A stretch of 57,168 bases of DNA from Girardia tigrina (lineage: Eukaryota). Below are positions 12,125-24,079 of the stretch, in pieces; the stretch's first letter is position 1, and each line of letters starts with the position of its first letter. The translations under genes were made by a program, and so were the position numbers. The stretch is from contig MQRK01246564.1 of assembly GCA_001938485.1 (NCBI GenBank), positions 3,603 to 60,770 of the forward strand, written 5' to 3'. The notes under the pieces are model-generated. The model was not told the origin of the DNA. It was given only the letters and a program-made list of their open reading frames with translations, and searched no databases.

Positions 12125-13282
12125 TAGGGATGTGCCGGAATGCGGCTCAAATCCCGCCGGAGCCGGTTTTCGGCCATTTTTACAAATCCGGCTCCGGTCA
12201 TAATTTTGCCGGTTTTGTGCCGGATTTTGTAAGGGTATACAGATTTACAAATAAGCAAAAAAACAAATTTTAGAAAAAATTAAAAATTCAAGTAAAATTA
12301 AGAAAAAAATGATGTCAATTTTAGAAGTTTTTCAGTTTGTTTATAAAATTTACTGGAATTTTTAATTTTCTCTAAATTTTACTTCAATTTCTTGAGTCAT
12401 AAGGCATATATACATCTATATTTCCTAAATTTAGCCAGCTTTAATAAAGAAATAAACAATTCAGGTGCGTCGATTAATTTTTTTTCAATTAAAAATATTG
12501 TATTTCAAAGAATAACAATTAAATTTAATAATCTTAAATTGCATTTTGTCCAATATGACGGCTGTAAATGTCAGTGTACTGCTGTCTTTTAATACTATTG
12601 AGAATGTTCATTCAACAAATTCTTCGTTCATTTCCTCCTCTAACACCAAATCAACAGAGTCTCTTAAACTACCAACTAAGAAATCACGGGTAGAGAGCCC
12701 CATACTTTGGGATTTATGAGATCGTCCAGTCAACACCCACTGAGCAACAGTACATATCTGCAGGCATCGAGTCAGAATTATGCCGGTACCTATCTGAACC
12801 CGTGGTCTCATGGACAGAACATCCACTGAAATGGGTGAAATATAATAAAGAGAGATTTCCTAGTTTAGCAAAAGTAGCTCAAGTGTACCTGGGATTACCT
12901 CCGATTAGTGTACCATCTGAACGATTATTTTGATTCTCAGGTGAAGTAATCAGTGATCACAGGAGTAGACGACTCCTTCCAGAAAATGCTTCAAGACTAA
13001 TTTTTTGAAGTATAATTTTGATTTAATAAAAAATTTTAAAAAATATTCTTTTTTCATTTATGTTTGTATTTATATGTTTCTTTGATCAAATTTTAATAAA
13101 ATATTTCACATAATTATTAATAGTTATTTATTATTTGCAATTCATTTTTCTATTAGGTACAACTTCCAGATGTTCTTAAAAATTTTCTTTAATTTACCAA
13201 AAGTAGCTACTTACTGAAACTCGTCACAAATCCGGCTCGGGCTCCGACCGGATTTCAAAAAATCGAATCGGACACATCCGTA
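12125..13282 (+). mobile_element. hAT transposon, internally deleted (ZBED-like C-terminus)
   Basis: TIRs TAGGGATGTGCCG / CGGACACATCCGTA with CCGG-rich subterminal motifs. 12820-13010 encodes PLKW..NKERFPSLAKVAQVYLGLPPISVPSERLF*FSG...LPENASRLIF. Confidence 0.85.
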
Positions 13283-14762
13283 TTAATTATCAATTTTGGC
13301 TTTTTGCCAGTCAATTTTGTCTTTTTGACAATCAATATTGTCTTTAGAAAATTTTATTTTAATTTTGTCAACTTTTGAATAGAAAATAAAAATATTTTTA
13401 AATTTTCCTCTGCTTTTTTAGAATTTTAAGAAAAAAACAACCCTTATCAAATCAAGAAGAGAGAATAACTTCATCATCAATGAATGTTTTGCAGACCCCG
13501 AGACCGAGAAGAAGAAATGTCTCTTTATCAAATGAAAAAAGATTGAGTCTAATACGTCTTGTAAAGGACCAAGGACAGACTATCAAATCTGCAGCAGATA
13601 TCCTGGAAATTAATTACAGAAGTGCGAAAGCTATAATAAACAATTACTCACTAACAGGACAGGTGGAAACTAAATCAAAAGGCGGAAGTTCGAGGTCTGT
13701 CCTTACTCCGTGCATATTAGACAAGATTGATTCAATTGTAATGTATAATCCCAAATATAAGTTAAGAGAGATAAAAATGGTTCTTGAAATGGAAATAAGA
13801 GAAGACGAAAAAAAATCTATTTCTACGATAAACAGAGGCTTGCAAGAGTTGAAAATAACGATAAAGCTCTCATATCGTGAACTCGAAAGGATTAACTTGC
13901 CTGATAAAATACAGCTAAGGAAAGAATATTCATTATGGTTCAATAATCATTTTCAAAATGATTTTTCAAATGCTGTATTCATTAACGAGTCCAGATTTAA
14001 TCTCCATCTCAAAAGATCAAACGCTAGATCTAGACGAGGTACTAGAGCAATTACCCATGAGCCTACTGTAAAAGGTCGAAATGTTTCATTTATTGCATGT
14101 CTAGTAATAGATGAAATGGGCTATTGCAAGGCAATATCTAACTCAACAGTGAATGCTGATATCTTTGCCGAATATATCAATGAATTATGTCTTTATTTGC
14201 GGGATGTAAAGAAAATGGAAAACACGTGCTTAATTCTCGACAATGCGCGGATACATAGGAGAGATGATATCCAAAGAACTGTGGAGCATTTCCGCTATAC
14301 TTTTCAGTTTCTATCGCCGTATTCTTACATGCTTAATCCGCTTGAAAATGCTTTTTCAAAAATTAAAAATTGTGTAAGATCAAAATTAAGATTAGGTATT
14401 TCTGGTTCATTATCCGAATTATTAATTGCAGAGTCACAAAATATTACTTCTGAGGATTGCGCAGGATTTTTTCGATATATGCTTCGTAATATTACAAACT
14501 GTGTATTGAACCATAATGAGTATTCTTTCCTTAGATGATACGGAGACATTTCTTCTTCTCGGTCTCGGGGCCTGCAAAACATTCATTGATGATTAAGTTC
14601 TTCTCTCTTCTTGACTTGACGTATGGGCTGTTTTTTCCTCAAATTCTAAAAAAGTAGAGGAAAATATAAAAATATTTTTATTTTCTATCCAAAAGTTGAC
14701 TAAATATAAAATTTTCTAAAGACAATATTAATTGGTAGAAAGCCAAAATTGATTGGTAAATA
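13283..14762 (+). mobile_element. IS630/Tc1 (DD34E) element whose right end is an inverted copy of its own 5' region
   Basis: 13283-13530 is the reverse complement of 14536-14760; a transposase ORF lies between. Confidence 0.85.
13480..14538 (+). CDS. IS630/Tc1-family transposase, 352 aa, first catalytic D replaced by N
   Basis: N-terminal HTH; FI(N)ESRFN, LILDNARIH, FLSPYSYMLNPLENAF; 34 residues between D and E; the last about 10 aa derive from the inverted segment. Confidence 0.85.
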   Translation: MNVLQTPRPRRRNVSLSNEKRLSLIRLVKDQGQTIKSAADILEINYRSAKAIINNYSLTGQVETKSKGGSSRSVLTPCILDKIDSIVMYNPKYKLREIKMVLEMEIREDEKKSISTINRGLQELKITIKLSYRELERINLPDKIQLRKEYSLWFNNHFQNDFSNAVFINESRFNLHLKRSNARSRRGTRAITHEPTVKGRNVSFIACLVIDEMGYCKAISNSTVNADIFAEYINELCLYLRDVKKMENTCLILDNARIHRRDDIQRTVEHFRYTFQFLSPYSYMLNPLENAFSKIKNCVRSKLRLGISGSLSELLIAESQNITSEDCAGFFRYMLRNITNCVLNHNEYSFLR

Positions 14763-17700
14763 GTATAAAAAAAACAGCTTTGTTTAAATATTGTAAAAAA
14801 AACGACAAATAACAAAGAACACTTTTCTGTTAACTGTGCTCATTAGAAATATAGATTGGAAATTTAAAATATTGTTCTTCTTGATTTGTTCTTCCCTTGT
14901 TATGCACAAATTAATCTCGACTGTAATTGTATTCGTCATCCGAACTTCCTCAAACGATCTCTTCGTGAATGTGAAATATCGCGTGAAATAGTGCGAAAAA
15001 ATTTGAACATACACTATTCGGTTCGTCGGATCACCCCGTGGGTAATTTCAGTCTAACTGGGAACTGTTTTAGAATGAAAGATTACTTTACCCGATCCGGT
15101 GATGGTATTCATCGTCGTGAACATCGCGAGGGAGTGGACTATCTCAACTATTACCGTAGTGGCAACTTAACCATTAGTTTTGTTTTGAATATTTTTGTTT
15201 CTGAATATTTGTTAAAACGTATTTCCATCATTTATTCAACTTTTTCGATAATTTTGAATTTTTATTTAGCCTTATGGAGCAATGTTCAACATCAAAAGTG
15301 CAGTTATAAGTGCAAGTTTATCAATCAACACAGAAAAGAGAAAGGTTAAAGTAGCTATAGCTTCAGCAAAACAGCTATTAATTTTTAATGTGGAAATTAA
15401 AATGAGTAATTTACGAAAAGCTTCCGGATTAAGTTAATTTAAATTTTATTTTACGCCTTGTTCATGTTATTTAAATAAAGTCTTGTGTTTTCTTTTTAAA
15501 GAAAGATAAATGTATTCATTTCTATATTACATTAGTTAAAATAAATAAAATTTTTAACAGTTAAAATGGTTTTAATTTAATAGTTTAGTTAAAACTAAAG
15601 TTCTTTATCAAAAATAGCTTTTTGATTAAAATTATTACTAAGATTTGAATAGATTCAAATAATTAAAATGTTATTCGAATCAAGGGAATTGAAAAGTGTA
15701 CAGGATTGTTTTCTTTTAAAAATAACCTAAAATGGAACTTGAAGCTCTTGCATGAAATAACTTCATTTACTTGCTGCTGTTAGAATTTTGGGAAACTTAT
15801 ATAATTTTTTTAATTAAATCAAGAAAAAGAAAATTCAAAAACAAAAAAATATAAATTAAAATATAACAATTTTATAAAATAAAAATTAAAAATTGTAATT
15901 AATTTTGATAACAAGACATTTTTGTAAAGCAAAATAAATTTGAAATTTGTAAGAAAATTTGAAATAAAATAGCTTGATCACAAATTTTAAAATGTAAGAC
16001 TTAATTATGTTTCATATAAAAAATAGGTTTTTAATTTGAAATAAATAATTTAAAATAGAAGCATTCGCATTCTTCCGTTTGCTCGTCATAGATGTTTGCT
16101 CGCTATGAATGAACCAGAAATATTAATTAATAAGGAAAAGACACGATATATATATATCAACTTCTGAATTTTTTGCAAAGCTTCATACAACACTTCTCGC
16201 CTTTTACTAAATTGACGATACCGATATCACAACTTTCCTCCGGAAACGCCATCAGTTGAATCCAGAAATAAATCAAAAAGTAAAATTTTCTTTTGTGTAA
16301 AGCTTGTTATTCTTAATATACGTTTATTTTATTAATTCTATTCTTTAATTATAGATTTATATTAAATTGAAATAATAATTAAATTGAATATTCGGATTGA
16401 TTTTCCTCCAAGTTATTAATTAGTTTTCGCTCCGTCGTCGTTGTTTCCGTCTTCCCGTGGTAGAGCACATAAAAACATGACCCCAGAATAAGAGCGGATG
16501 GGCCATCGTCAAGGAGAACCGAGAAATGTTCTGGTCTAAGAAATTAGATATTTTATCGTCGAACAATAGAGATCGTTGGAAGTCGAATAAGTCTAAAGAC
16601 AAAATCCGTTGCCCGTTTGATAAATGAAAGTGAATTTCCCAATCGATTGTCACAAGAAATCACGAGAAGTTGTCGGCCGATTGTGCGGCGGTCGTCGATG
16701 ACCGGTGATGCGGCTGTTCTTTGGCTGGTGTGTGTTATAAACACTGCATCAGTTAATGTTTCTCATGGGGAGATCATGGTGTTTGTCTCCATATGTGAAT
16801 TCTAATATAAACTCTAAATGTTTTTATTAAGGATTGAATCAGTGTCTTATTTAACAAGTGTAAATAGTACTAATAGACAATTTTTGCGTCACCTCAATAT
16901 CGAATTTAATAAATACGTATGACAACGATAATTACGATGAAAATATAAACAAGGGGATGTTCTATTTATGGATAAATAATTTCACAACGTTCTGTCAGTG
17001 ATAATAATATTCGGTGATAATAATAAATCTAAATCTTTTCTAAATTGAATTATCTTATATAATAATGAATTTTAATTGACAATTTAGCTTATGAATTTAA
17101 TAATGGAATGGATAAATGATTTAGTCTAATTGAATCTAGCTCTAAACTGATGAATCAAATGAATAAATGATAATTGTTTTAATTGCTGTAAATAATAAAT
17201 CAATAAAGTAATTTAGATAATCCTGTTGTCAGCGAACTAATGTGTCACACAAGAGGCGTTCTTCATTATTAAAAAACAATAATATATGTCACATTTCGGA
17301 ATATTCAGACAAAATCATATTTAATAATTAATCTTTCTTCGGGATAGAAGCAAGTTAATCTTGAGGTATCTACTCAAGTAGATGTTAATTGACAATTACT
17401 TCAGGAACATGTCGATATATCAGCAGGGTGTAATGATATAAAACAAGAATTACTAATGTCTTATTTCAGGAGAGTTAACACAGGAAGGTTTCACTTTACA
17501 GGAATATAGTTCAATGAGAGACGAAATATCGATGCTGCAAGTAACAGAAGCATCAGCAAGACATACAGAGATGGAAAATGTAGAAAACTAATTGACATTG
17601 TTATAATCAACATTTGTAAATAATGTACACGACATATTAAGGATGAGGATTTTCATTTTAGAAATAAGACAAGCGCCTTGTGGAATCAGTAGAATAACAT

Positions 17701-17774
17701 GCAACAGTTTACACAATCACGAGGGACGCCTACACTGAGAAAATGTACAGATTGTTAATTAATAGCATCAAAAT

Positions 17775-17915
17775 CAGCCCCTAGCGGCGCTGAGCTAGTT
17801 GGGGGGGCCCATTGCCTTTCTCAACTAAGAAAAATTCGATGGCACTCCAAACCTGGCACTACTAGTTAGATGTCGGGCGAGGGAGATGCGTCCGACCACC
17901 TTATAAAATAAATAC
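17775..17915 (+). ncRNA. Structured GC-rich RNA-like island (possible retroelement 3' UTR)
   Basis: Stems with several G-U pairs: 17796-17808/17814-17827, 17842-17848/17882-17889, 17852-17858/17871-17877; followed by AATAAA. Confidence 0.4.
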
Positions 17916-18248
17916 ATAAAATTAAATGAGATGTAGCGGGTTGTGGTTGACCCTTAATAACCACTGGGGGCTCACGAGCTTGCAAAAATGTTCACACTCG
18001 AAGGGATCGTGACAATAATGACGACTTTAAAAATTCAATATTTAACTAAAGATGAATTTAATAAACGATGGGAAATTACGTTTGTTGAAGAAAAAGTCGT
18101 TCAACTATCAAAAAGGATTCCCTGAAAAAAATTATATATTAAAAATAATCAAACCGCTATTAACTTAAGTACGATTAATTTTCCCGATTCTAAAACACTC
18201 GAGAAAAAACAAAAGGTTATAAACAATTCAATTCTCAATTATGATTAT

Positions 18249-19470
18249 CACGAGAGGCACACTAAAAGTTCGTGGAAAAGTCAAATCCCTATGTTTGTAT
18301 GGTCTTGTAGATATCAACCAATTAAGAAATGAGGTAAGGGTGTTTCTCTGACTATATGTATGTATATAGTTTGTTGTTTTGTGAATAACTCATTTTCTTC
18401 TATTTCAGAATAAATGGAAGACAATGTGTAAACACATTGTGCAATCGTTTATTTTCTGTGGGAGGAAGTCACACCACTAGCTAAAGATTTACAACGTTTA
18501 TCCCGTGTATTTGGTGAAGCAGTCATTCATGAAAGTACCGTTTACCAGTGGGTGCAAAAATTTGAAAATGATCAACCATCTTTAGAGGATGACGTCTGGA
18601 ACGGCTGATAGGCAACCTCATCAACTGTAAAAATTCAAAAACAATCGAGTAAATCATTGAGAGTGATCGACGTGTAACTGTTAAGGAGATACAGATCCTT
18701 AAAAACATGTCTCCAAGTTCTGTATATCACATCATGACTGTGACATTATCACTTCTTTTTGATTGCCTTCGTAGAGTCGCAATTTTGAGTTCGGTTATGT
18801 TAAATCAGTTGGTTATGGAAACCAGCATTCGGAATCGTTCGATAGATGCAAAGGCATCTTCAGTTTAGCCTGGATGTAGTAATCCAACGGGAAGACGGTG
18901 CTTCCAGGGAGAAAAGCTTTTGACAATGAAAAACTTGTCCCCTCTACGACATAGGTCATAGTCACCGTATTTCGGGATTATGACTGGATTTTTTTTATTA
19001 ATGATCTCACGAAAGAAGAAACAATTAACAGCGCCCTACAATAGCAACCTTGTGCAAAAGGATCTTCGCCAAGCTCTGAAAAACAAATGTCGTTGGAAAT
19101 TATTCGCAACACCTTTTCTGCAACAGGACAATGCAACTCCCCAAAACGCGACACTGATAGTGGACACCATAAGCAAGCTCAAATGTTAATTAGTCTTTGG
19201 GAATTAATAGTAATTAATCGCCAGACCTTATGCCAAGTGATTACAAACTATTTTCTTTGCTCAAAAAGCCTTTGTGAGAGCACCACTTCCATGATGTCGA
19301 GGAAATGCGGGAAGTAGTTAAGAAATGGATCTATAATGCACATCAAGATTTCTTCAATATGAACGTTCGGAATCTGAAAAAGCGAGGGTAGAAGTGCGTG
19401 CGAGTACAAGGTGACTTTAATGAGAAATATGAATGATGATAATGCTTTAACCTTTAGGATCAAGCTCATA
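18249..19470 (+). mobile_element. Heavily degenerate mariner (irritans-like)
   Basis: STVYQWVQKFENDQPSLEDD..G, IESDRRVTVKEI, LQQDNATP, PDLMPSDY.LF; weak TIRs CACGAG.../...CTCATA. Confidence 0.8.
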
Positions 19471-20387
19471 TATTTTGTTTTCTACTGTACCATAATTGGA
19501 AGCTCAACATAAATGCGTCATATTGTTGCCCTAAATAGATAAATAATCAAAATATAAAAATATCTTATCTAACTGTCATTTATCCAATTAACTCATGTCC
19601 TCGTAAATATTACAAAGTTTAACACCACGAGTCGAAAGAGTGTACATGGAATTTTTAAATGTGTTCCCGTCAAGTGGAATAAATCCAGCCAAAGAATATC
19701 CGACAATCTATGCTTGCTAAATTTTATTCGAAACATCGGATCTTTAATCTCAGTATAACATAGAAAAGTAACTTCTTATGCAGAAAGATTGCTTACTAAA
19801 GATACTCATAAATATGAAGATATTCTTATTTTTTGTGAAGTTCAATGGATGAAGGCTGTTTAAAGCACCGCAAAGTCAAAGGTAAGGAGAAATTTATTTT
19901 CTAACTGTATATTTAAATTGGAAACGTTAAGTTAAACGTAATTAATTATAAATTGCATTTTTCAAGGTAAAAAATCTTTTTAAATTATTAAATCACAAGA
20001 GCACTTTATATTTTTGGCAGAATCGTTGTTACAAAAAGATTTGTAATGTTGTAAAAAGATGTTGATCTTTGATATTTAAGTATCGGGTTCCATATAGTCA
20101 CTTATCATAAGTTACTTAAAATCAATAATGACACAAAATGAAACAAATTTTCTCTTGTAAACTTAAAACTTTCTTTTTTCCCAATTTTGATAAATAGTTT
20201 GAAGTTTATTCTTTAAATGAGATCCATAATAATTATGTTCCAAAATTAAACGCGTTCTTTACTCAAAAGAACATTTTTCTTCTGTTGCGTTCTCCTCAAG
20301 ATGGAGAACTCGCGGTCCACAAAATCGGCGAAACCGGCACGCGACTCCAAAGCCAAGATAGAACCGAGAAAATGGTCTCTCAGTTAA

Positions 20388-20711
20388 GACAATCAGAATC
20401 TTCTTCAATGAACAGCAACGCACCGCTACGATGCCCAGTATAGCCAGAGCAATCAACGCGATTCCAACCCCAAATGCGATGGCTCCAATTGTATTTGTGT
20501 TCTGCTGCATCAATGAAAATATTCCACCTGAACTTGCTGATGAGATTCTAATTTTAGTTATGAAATTTTTAAATTGCGCTTCAATATCGTAAATGTTCTT
20601 CATAAAAAAATTCATTCGCCAGAGCAATAGAGCACCGATAACCGCAAGCACAATTCNAATCANTATCAATAAAGAATTGACGATACTGATAACGAGTTTG
20701 AAAACGCACAT
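20388..20711 (-). pseudogene. Tetraspanin 5' part (TM1-EC1-TM2, start of TM3), truncated
   Basis: MCVFKLVISIVNSLL..IVLAVIGALLLW ... IGAIAFGVGIALIALAILGIVAVRCCSLKKILIV fits the tetraspanin N-half; no downstream exons found. Confidence 0.7.
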
Positions 20712-21466
20712 TTCGAGAATCAGTTAAAATAAAACGATGTAAAGAAAAAGATTTAGTCCATTTTAAATTTTTATTTCAAAAAATATTCATATCGAGCTAA
20801 TTACTCGTTAAAACAAATTCGTTTTTTATAATAATAATTTATANNNNNNNNNNNNNNNNNNNNNNNNNNNNNNNNNNNNNNNNNNNNNNNNNNNNNNNNN
20901 NNNNNNNNNNNNNNNNNNNNNNNNNNNNNNNNNNNNNNNNNNNNNNNNNNNNNNNNNNNNNNNNNNNNNNNNNNNNNNNNNNNNNNNNNNNNNNNNNNNN
21001 NNNNNNNNNNNNNNNNNNNNNNNNNNNNNNNNNNNNNNNNNNNNNNNNNNNNNNNNNNNNNNNNNNNNNNNNNNNNNNNNNNNNNNNNNNNNNNNNNNNN
21101 NNNNNNNNNNNNNNNNNNNNNNNNNNNNNNNNNNNNNNNNNNNNNNNNNNNNNNNNNNNNTTATGTTTGACGTGTGCCTAATCAATTGGTTGGTCTTTCA
21201 GTTTTATCGAAGTAATAATTTAATCAATTAAAACGTATACTTCAGTCAAAATACATCGGTGTTTGTTATTATAAATTATACGTAAGTTCAAAGTTTAACA
21301 TCACGCACACAGGAGCTTCGACATAGTTGCCTACTAGTACATGAAAAATAAATGTGCAAATTATTTGATCGTGGTCATTAAATTTTTATTCATATTATTA
21401 GCATAAACTCATAATTTGCTGGAAATATAAATATCAAAAACTGTATTTTAGAGAAATATCCATTGA

Positions 21467-21617
21467 TTTTCATTCAAAGTTGTCGAAATCAATAAGCTTA
21501 TCTAATTAAAAAAATAATACCTAATTATGTGAATATATGTATATATATTCACATAATTAGATATAACTTTTTTAAAAATTAGAAAAGCTTATTGATTTAG
21601 ATAACTTTGAAAGAAAA
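21467..21617. repeat. Imperfect palindrome with about 70-bp arms centred on an AT run
   Basis: TTCAAAGTTGTC..AATCAATAAGCTT..CTAATTATGTGAATATAT / ATATATTCACATAATTAG..AAGCTTATTGATTT..ACTTTGAA. Confidence 0.8.
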
Positions 21618-21889
21618 CGCTTAGTCACTAAGCATTGAATAACTAAACAAAAAATCTAAACAAAAAACTGCATTAATTGTTCATATTGCCTTTGCACTTA
21701 CCTTTACTTTGAAAATATTGAAACTTGGATAAACAACATAATAATTTGTCATTTGATTTTTTTCTATAATTTCATAGTTCCATCACCTTTGTAATAAATT
21801 TTAAATTATACAATATCATACATTATACTAAAGATTTGTCAAAGATAGCAATTACTTTAGCTTCGTGTTGATAACGTGTTAAAAATTTT

Positions 21890-22330
21890 ACTGGGTAATC
21901 AGGGATCAACTGTGCGGCCAGTGGGCATACTTCTACGTAGTATCCCTGAGAAACTAGATGAAGGGTTTGATTCCGTCTCTAGGCTAAAGTGCCCGAAAGC
22001 TAGCCTTTCATTGCGGANNNNNNNNNNNNNNNNNNNNNNNNNNNNNNNNNNNNNNNNNNNNNNNNNNNNNNNNNNNNNNNNNNNNNNNNNNNNNNNNNNN
22101 NNNNNNNNNNNNNNNNNNNNNNNNNNNNNNNNNNNNNNNNNNNNNNNNNNNNNNNNNNNNNNNNNNGGTGAAGGGTGTTGTAATGACGTCGTTGCATCTT
22201 CGGACAGGCGGAACTAAAGCATGCTAGACCCCAGCATTGGGTTAGTGCTTGTTGAGAACCATCAGCGTCCCAGGCCTCCTATAAAGCCTCCGGCTTAATA
22301 CTCGACAGGAGTTGAGGTGCACTGGGTAAT
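21890..22330 (+). mobile_element. About 440-bp GC-richer non-coding insertion bounded by the direct repeat ACTGGGTAAT
   Basis: Identical 10-mer at 21890-21899 and 22321-22330; composition shift; hammerhead-like motif 21947-22010; partly N gap. Confidence 0.5.
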
Positions 22331-22369
22331 ATTATTTTAAAACAAACATAATTTAATAATTTTTAGATT

Positions 22370-23620
22370 AAAAGTAAAGATACCAACAGCTGGTCATTAC
22401 AAAAAATCCAAGCTTATACTAACGTATCAACCAATCAAAATATTATAAAGAACTAATTGTGTGCAATCTTAAAGCGAGGAGAGATTGCATACCAACATAA
22501 TATCGGTGGATTCAATTCTGAACATTTTATCAAATTTATTGAAAATCATTTCGCTCGAAATTTTCACACATATCTAAAAATATCTTTATTAGTTCATAAA
22601 TTATGTCACACTTTTTGGGAGGGAGGGGTCTAAAAGTTTGTGACAGGGGGGTATGATAATTTGTGATGAAGCTAAAATTTTATTAGATAAAAATCAGTGG
22701 TATCAAATCCTAAAATATTTAAGTAATGAATGATAAAATTTGAAGTTTGAGATTTTCATGATTTAATTTTTTAATATTTTTGACTAAATTAGTGTATGAA
22801 ATGTATATTAAGATAGTGGTGCAAAGTTTATGAATTTATTTCAAAATCAGGCATTTTCCAGTAAGAATATTCCTTACAATATATATTCTCCTTCTATAAG
22901 CCAAATTGTTTTAAGTCGAGTCTGTGTAGACTGTAATGTATATTGCGCTTCTTTAGAAATGTTAAAAATTCATCGTAAGGGCATCCACAATCGTATTATC
23001 AACACTAAAAAGAAGCCAAAAAAGTAATAGCAAAGCGAAAGAAAGAAATCTTGATTGAAATTGATGAAGATGTTGAATGGATAAATGAAGAACATCTCGA
23101 TGCTCAAGTAATTGAACCTGATCTATGCACTCTCGATAGAAATATTCCTTCGATTAATTTTGAAACATTTATGAAAAATATATGGAATTTTGAATAAAAA
23201 TGATATTTATATACAAAAAAAATGTGAATTATAATATTTTTTCTTCATTAAAAAAATTAACGATTTTTTGTGCGTCACAAGGGGGGTGGGGTTGAGATTT
23301 TTAAGCACGTTGTGACAGAGGGGGCAGCGGTTTAAAAAAATCATTTTTCATGTGAAATAATTTATGAACGGCCCCTAATAATGATCTTAACTTTAAATAT
23401 CAAAGGTTCACTCCCGTTCAGTAAGTATTGTGTTAAAAAGTAGTCTATGATTGTAGTGACTTGTCTAAACTTAACCATATTGAAAAGTTTTTTGTCAAGT
23501 TAAGAGACAAGATTGAATATCGGAAATTGTCTATAGAAAGCTGCTTAGCTATTTTCTTATCAAGACAAAAAAAATGTTTCCATAGCAATACAGTAATTTT
23601 TATTCGAGCATGTGTTGATA
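22370..23620 (+). mobile_element. Old IS630/Tc1 DDE transposase relic, interrupted by the Zator-like element
   Basis: LCAILKRGEIAYQHNIGGFNSEHFIKFIENHF lies before and LNHIEKFFVKLRDK after the insertion. Confidence 0.55.
22592..23375 (+). mobile_element. Zator-like DNA transposon, internally deleted
   Basis: Right end AATTTATGAACGGCCCC + TAA; matching GTTCATAAATT at the truncated left end; G-run/GTGACA subterminal motifs; ORF relic IPYNIYSPS..SRVCVDCNVYCASLEMLKIHRKGIH..DVEWINEE. Confidence 0.6.
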
Positions 23621-24079
23621 AATGTAACAATGAACCACTTGTTTAAAAGAACTTTTGTAGAATATTTGATGTTCCTTATGCATAATTTTATCGAAAAAAA
23701 TCATTCTTACTCGTATTCATTATCAAACTATTTTTAATAAAATATTTTTCTATTTATACATTTACATAACTCCGATATATTTTAATGTTTAAAATAAACT
23801 ATTTTGAAGTTCGAATTAATTGAATCTTATCCATGAGTATACAAATAAAATATTACAATAATTGTTCTGAAACAATCTAAAATTATCAGAAAAATCAATT
23901 AAAATTCACAAAATTGCGCGTTATTTAAATAAATAAAAAATATGAAAAAATAAAAAGTAATTAATATATTATATAAATGAAACAATTTCGAAAAATAATA
24001 ATCTTGAATCCAAGTTCCATTAAACAGAGATTATTGTAATCGGAATTGAAATAAAAAATATTTACGGATAATTATTCGA

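Noticed and set aside
13480-14538. Fanzor/TnpB or other RNA-guided nuclease linked to the IS630-like element
   Set aside because: No RuvC or zinc-ribbon motifs were seen in or beside the ORF; it is a plain DD34E transposase.
17836-17895. SECIS element
   Set aside because: It has AAA and nested stems but lacks the ATGA/GA quartet at the right spacing, and no upstream UGA-containing ORF was identified.
19590-19885. Possible terminal exon of the WD40 gene or downstream exon of the tetraspanin
   Set aside because: No frame with the right phase and motif on either strand.
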